DNA of 64,000 nt from assembly GCA_024704765.1 (NCBI GenBank), contig JAKMXF010000301.1, positions 337,961-401,960 of the forward strand. The letters run 5' to 3'. The DNA comes from Oopsacas minuta. Its lineage: Eukaryota; Animalia; Porifera. A program made the position numbers and the translations under genes. The notes beneath the pieces were generated by a model that saw only the letters and a program-made list of their open reading frames with translations, was not told the DNA's origin and did no database searches. Below, piece by piece: positions 59,851-64,000 of this stretch (its first letter is position 1; the number at the start of each line of letters is the position of its first letter).

Positions 59851-62800
59851 ATGGATGCGACAGAGTGTGAAGCAATTCGTGGATACCTCCAGACGAATAT
59901 TATCCCACCAGAAATCAAGAGTGATCGCTACAGAAAGAAGAATTTTGTCAGAAAGTGCAAGGGGATTTACTTTCAAGAGAATAAGCTAATGAAGGTATAT
60001 TCCTGAATGATATTTTTGATTTATACTTATTTCCGGGACATAATTAGAAATCTTGAGGTAACTACATATTTGCGAGGAGGCAGATATATAGTTGCCTCAT
60101 TAAATTTGCGTACCATAGGGAGATGAGAAGGGTGAAAACGCTAGGGGGACTCCTCTGCCCCTCAATGCTACCTACAACCTCTGAGTTTGACTAAAATAAT
60201 TTCTTGTAGATTTTCAGAAAGAAAAATGGCTTTGTGAAATATTTGGAGATTCCACTAGTCTCAGAAATTGACAACATTATCAGATTCTATCACAATGTCA
60301 CTCATCCTGGAATCAATACTACCATTGATGGAATCCGAAATAAATATGATTGGAATGGCATATACAATGATGTTGGATCCTATGTGAGTTACTAAATTAC
60401 GTATTTCTTTCATACATGATTTTCCAAGAAAATGTGGCTGAGAACACAGACTTACCAACCCTCCAGGGATCCCTGGATTACAAATTTTGAAAATCCAGGG
60501 AAATTTGCAAAAGGGGTTGTTAAGTCTGAGAACAGCATGTATTTTATAGTTTGAGGTTATTCACCTTGTAATTATTCTACTGTATACAGCTTTATTTGTG
60601 CTATTGTAAAATTAATATTGTGCGATCTGATGATATTTAGTATACCGGTATACAATTTTATCATATGGAAATCTATTTGTGCGGTACAACCAACCAACCA
60701 TGTATCTAACAACTAATGACCCTTGCGGTAGTTAGTAATTGGGATAGGTAATGGGAGTATTTCACATAAACATATTTGCCAACCTGAGTGAAGAAAAAGC
60801 GGGACGGAATGCTAATTTAGCGGGACATCTGGAACGTAGCAAATTACATTAGACTGGACTACAAACTGACAATTAAATCATTTCCCGTTCTAGATCCGAA
60901 CTTGCCATGACTGTCAAACCTCTGCTGCTCTACCTCCTCAGCCACAACGAGAGCTTCAACCTATTCCTCCTCCTGAAGAACCATGGTGTCATTGTGGAAT
61001 TGATCTCATATGCAATATGTCTCGCACTGTACTTGGATTTCAGCACATTCTTGTAATCGTGTGCTACCTGAGTAAATTTGTAATTGCCCGACCACTCAAG
61101 ACTAAAACTTCTAAAGAAATATTGGATTGTTTACAGGAAATTTATCTCTCGTTCGGTGTACCTAACATCCTCCAACATGATCAGGGAACAGAATTCTCAA
61201 GCAAGGTAACTCATATTTTTACATACTCGAGATTAGTAATTGTAAATTTACCAAGTAAATTATTCCCGATACACAATACAACTTACTATATTGGATATAC
61301 GTACGTAACATGTTGCATTGTCAATTGTCAGCGCATTGCTTCAATATATACCCTGGTAGGAAATTGTGCGTCCTGATGGCTATATTTAAGAAACCGTGTG
61401 GAAAATTGGATTATAATTTATGTTAAATACTAATAAATAAGAATTTCCGAATTAATGCCACAACCTTCTGGAGGAAAATTTACCTTGTTAATCGTTATAT
61501 CTTTCTAACTATTGCTGTACAAGAGTAAATACATGCGCGTAGTAGATTATTATCGTTCTCTTATTTACTTTCAAAATAGAAATTTCAAGAATTTCACAAG
61601 AAGATAAATGTCAACACCAGAAGAACCACAGCATACCACCCACAAAGTAACGGACTTGTTGAGTCACACAACAAAATATTGAAAACGTGAGTATTGATGC
61701 TAAATATAAATATATATATATTTTAAGCCATACATACGTTTAATACACGTCGTTTATAATTAGATAGCTTTGAATCAATTTAACACTTTTACAAATAGAA
61801 AAATCAACAAGATGCAATCTGATGGGGACACTGAATGGACAGAGAAATTACAGACAGCAGTACTAGCAGCAAATACTCAAACCAAAATCTCTACAAGCTA
61901 CACACCCTTTAATCTCATGTTTGGGAGAGACTTTGATTCATCTAACCTTCTCAATCTTATCACTTCTCCAACTAACCCCGAATTACTAACCGAAGCTGAT
62001 ATCTCAGAGGCAGAAGTATCAGAAAATGAAAATATTCAAATGGATGCAAACGAACCACGCCCATTTGACTTTCCTATAATTGATAACGAATGGATAGAAA
62101 ATCTTTCTTCCACACGTAAAGCTGACAGAATGACTGCTATTGAAAACATCAAGGCAGGTCAGAAAGTTCAAAAGAAAACATATGACAACAAAGTTAAACA
62201 CAACAGGTAAGAAATAACGAAACACATTCTTGTGTGATGTAACATGTTGGAATTTCATACATCATCTCTTACTAAAATTAAATTAAATTCACTGACTGTT
62301 GTATAATCAGGTAAATATGAAACAGTCTTGAATCGGAACTAATTTATTGTTTCCTCAATTATATGAATTCTTAAATTCCAAAACACTTACTTTAGTTACA
62401 TAATTAGCATCATCACAAACTGTACGTAATTGGCACATTATTTTCTTTGTATAATCATTGTGTAAACTTAGATCAGAATTTGTGGAAGGAGATGAAGTAC
62501 TTGTACATAATATAAAGAAAGCCAAGCGACTCCCAGGAACAAAAGATGCAAAGAAATATTTGGGACCATATACGATAGAGGAAGTTAAACCAAGCCACCT
62601 AGTTGCTCGCAAAGACCCAGATAGCAAAACAACAAAATTACCCATCCATCTATCAAGAAAATATCATTCTCGCATGAACGAAAAACGGCAGGTTCGAACG
62701 AAGACAGGCAAATCAAAGAAGCCCAAAAGATCTCGCAAATTCCCTTCTAGCGGTAAATATATTAGCGAGACAATATTGTACTGAACTATAACTAATTGAC

Positions 62801-64000
62801 TCAGCCCATGATTAAGTACATATAAACTAGTTGTGTTCTGTATTGATTCGATTAATACGTAATAGCAATCCTACATTTCACATATTTATTCGTATTTAGA
62901 TTCTTTGGATGATATATTGAACCTGGATACCATGGAAGAAACATTTGAAACACCGCAACAACACTCAATCTATGAAAATATCGATTCTGAGCTACTTCAA
63001 TTGAAACCTCGAATACTATCAGCTCTTGTCAATAACACATACTTAACCCAACTATATGAGAAACTCGCTACAAAAGCTGCATCTCTAACTTCATTGAATT
63101 TACTATATTCTTACCATCCACCCAACGAACTAAATTTTGAGGTTAAGGAGAAACTTGCTGTATCAGCCGGTAATTGGTACGCAGAATATCGTTCCTCCTA
63201 TCCTACTGAAATACCTGAAGAGATCTGGACTATCCAATTGCTGTTCTATCACCAGTAATAATTGAGTTGATATTCCCAACTGAGCAAGTTCATAAGATCA
63301 TTGAAATACCAGAACAATCTATACAAAATGCATCAGATCTTATCCCATATCCTAAATGGGGAGGAGAGTATAACAACATCGTGCAATCTAACACCTGTTC
63401 TATCGACAATATATTGGCTATTCTTAGTTCGAATAAAGCAACCATCATAGACTCACTGAAGTTAATCGGAAGTACACATATTGAAGCTAAATTCCACTAC
63501 ATATTCCAATTGGCTGCTAATTGTGAATTTGAGAAACTTCGAGAATATGTTGCTACTGAAATTGGGCTTGAAGTTATTTATGATTCCTCAGGATTGATGC
63601 GGTCTTACGATTTCTTTGGATCAGAGGGTAACACCATCAAATATTTACGAACAGAAGATTTGTGTAACGACAAATATTTCACTATCTTCCAATGCCACCA
63701 ATGCACCAATATATTTGAGACACAATCCATGATTAGTAATATAGGAGACGTTATTACAAACCTGGAATCATCTGTTAATCGAAGTCTCGTTCCTATTAAA
63801 TGCAAGTCTTGTGGATCAACTACTGCTGTCTTAGAGAGGATATCTGGTCAATTCAAGTCAATACCTGTCATGCTAACAATTGAAATCGGACATCTACCCG
63901 AATTGCCAGACATTTTTGCAAGTGATATTGACAAACACTTTACCATCAGTCACAACCAACGGACACTTCACTACCAACTTGCTGGCTTTAGCATATTGAG
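59851..64000 (+). mobile_element. Ginger1-type integrase gene, 7 exons (59851-59994, 60210-60383, 60894-61205, 61580-61686, 61799-62206, 62472-62752, 62900->), followed by a USP-like protease domain running off the window
   Basis: All six introns GT-AG and phase-compatible. HHCC (YHNVTH..CHDC), GIDL, QHDQG, GLVE with D35E spacing, TPFNLMFGR, LGPYTI. Open frame 63219-64000 with SNTCSIDN, CHQC, CKSC, YQLAG. Confidence 0.85.
60447..60528. mobile_element. 82-bp micro-MITE in intron 2 of the Ginger1 gene
   Basis: Ends CAGACTTACCAACCC / GGGTTGTTAAGTCTG, flanked on both sides by AGAACA. Confidence 0.65.

Noticed and set aside
61580-62752. Gypsy LTR retrotransposon as the source of the integrase
   Set aside because: No gag, RT, RNase H or LTR upstream. 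The gene has its own ATG and spliceosomal introns, which fits Ginger1.
129-63805. Numerous 60-120-aa ORFs antisense to or overlapping real genes and TEs
   Set aside because: Shadow ORFs or low-information AT-rich frames with no domain motifs.

Overview
AT-rich eukaryotic (metazoan-like) DNA, not prokaryotic. Four host genes are recognisable: an intronless insulysin/IDE-family (M16A) metallopeptidase with an unusual N-terminal membrane anchor (138-3329), COP9 signalosome subunit 4 (COPS4), a small RNA Pol I/III subunit RPAC2/POLR1D, and the large Sac+hSac2 exon of an INPP5F/Sac2-like phosphoinositide phosphatase. Most of the rest is densely nested DNA transposons: Ginger2, Ginger1, Tigger/pogo, several hAT, P/THAP, DD37D and DD34D Tc1/mariner, Chapaev3, KDZ/Zisupton-like, Helentron, MULE and many MITEs. 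No retrotransposon was recognised. The main leads are: (i) a seven-exon Ginger1-type D35E integrase gene followed by a USP-like cysteine-protease domain; (ii) a spliced KDZ transposase relic converging on a spliced Ulp1-like protease/PHD gene; (iii) a FLYWCH-MULE relic ending in a RING finger, so that three unrelated transposons carry ubiquitin/SUMO-pathway domains; (iv) a structurally complete Chapaev3 element with an intact 559-aa spliced transposase; (v) two Tigger copies with apparently identical cores but diverged ends. All family calls come from motif recognition by eye, without database searches.
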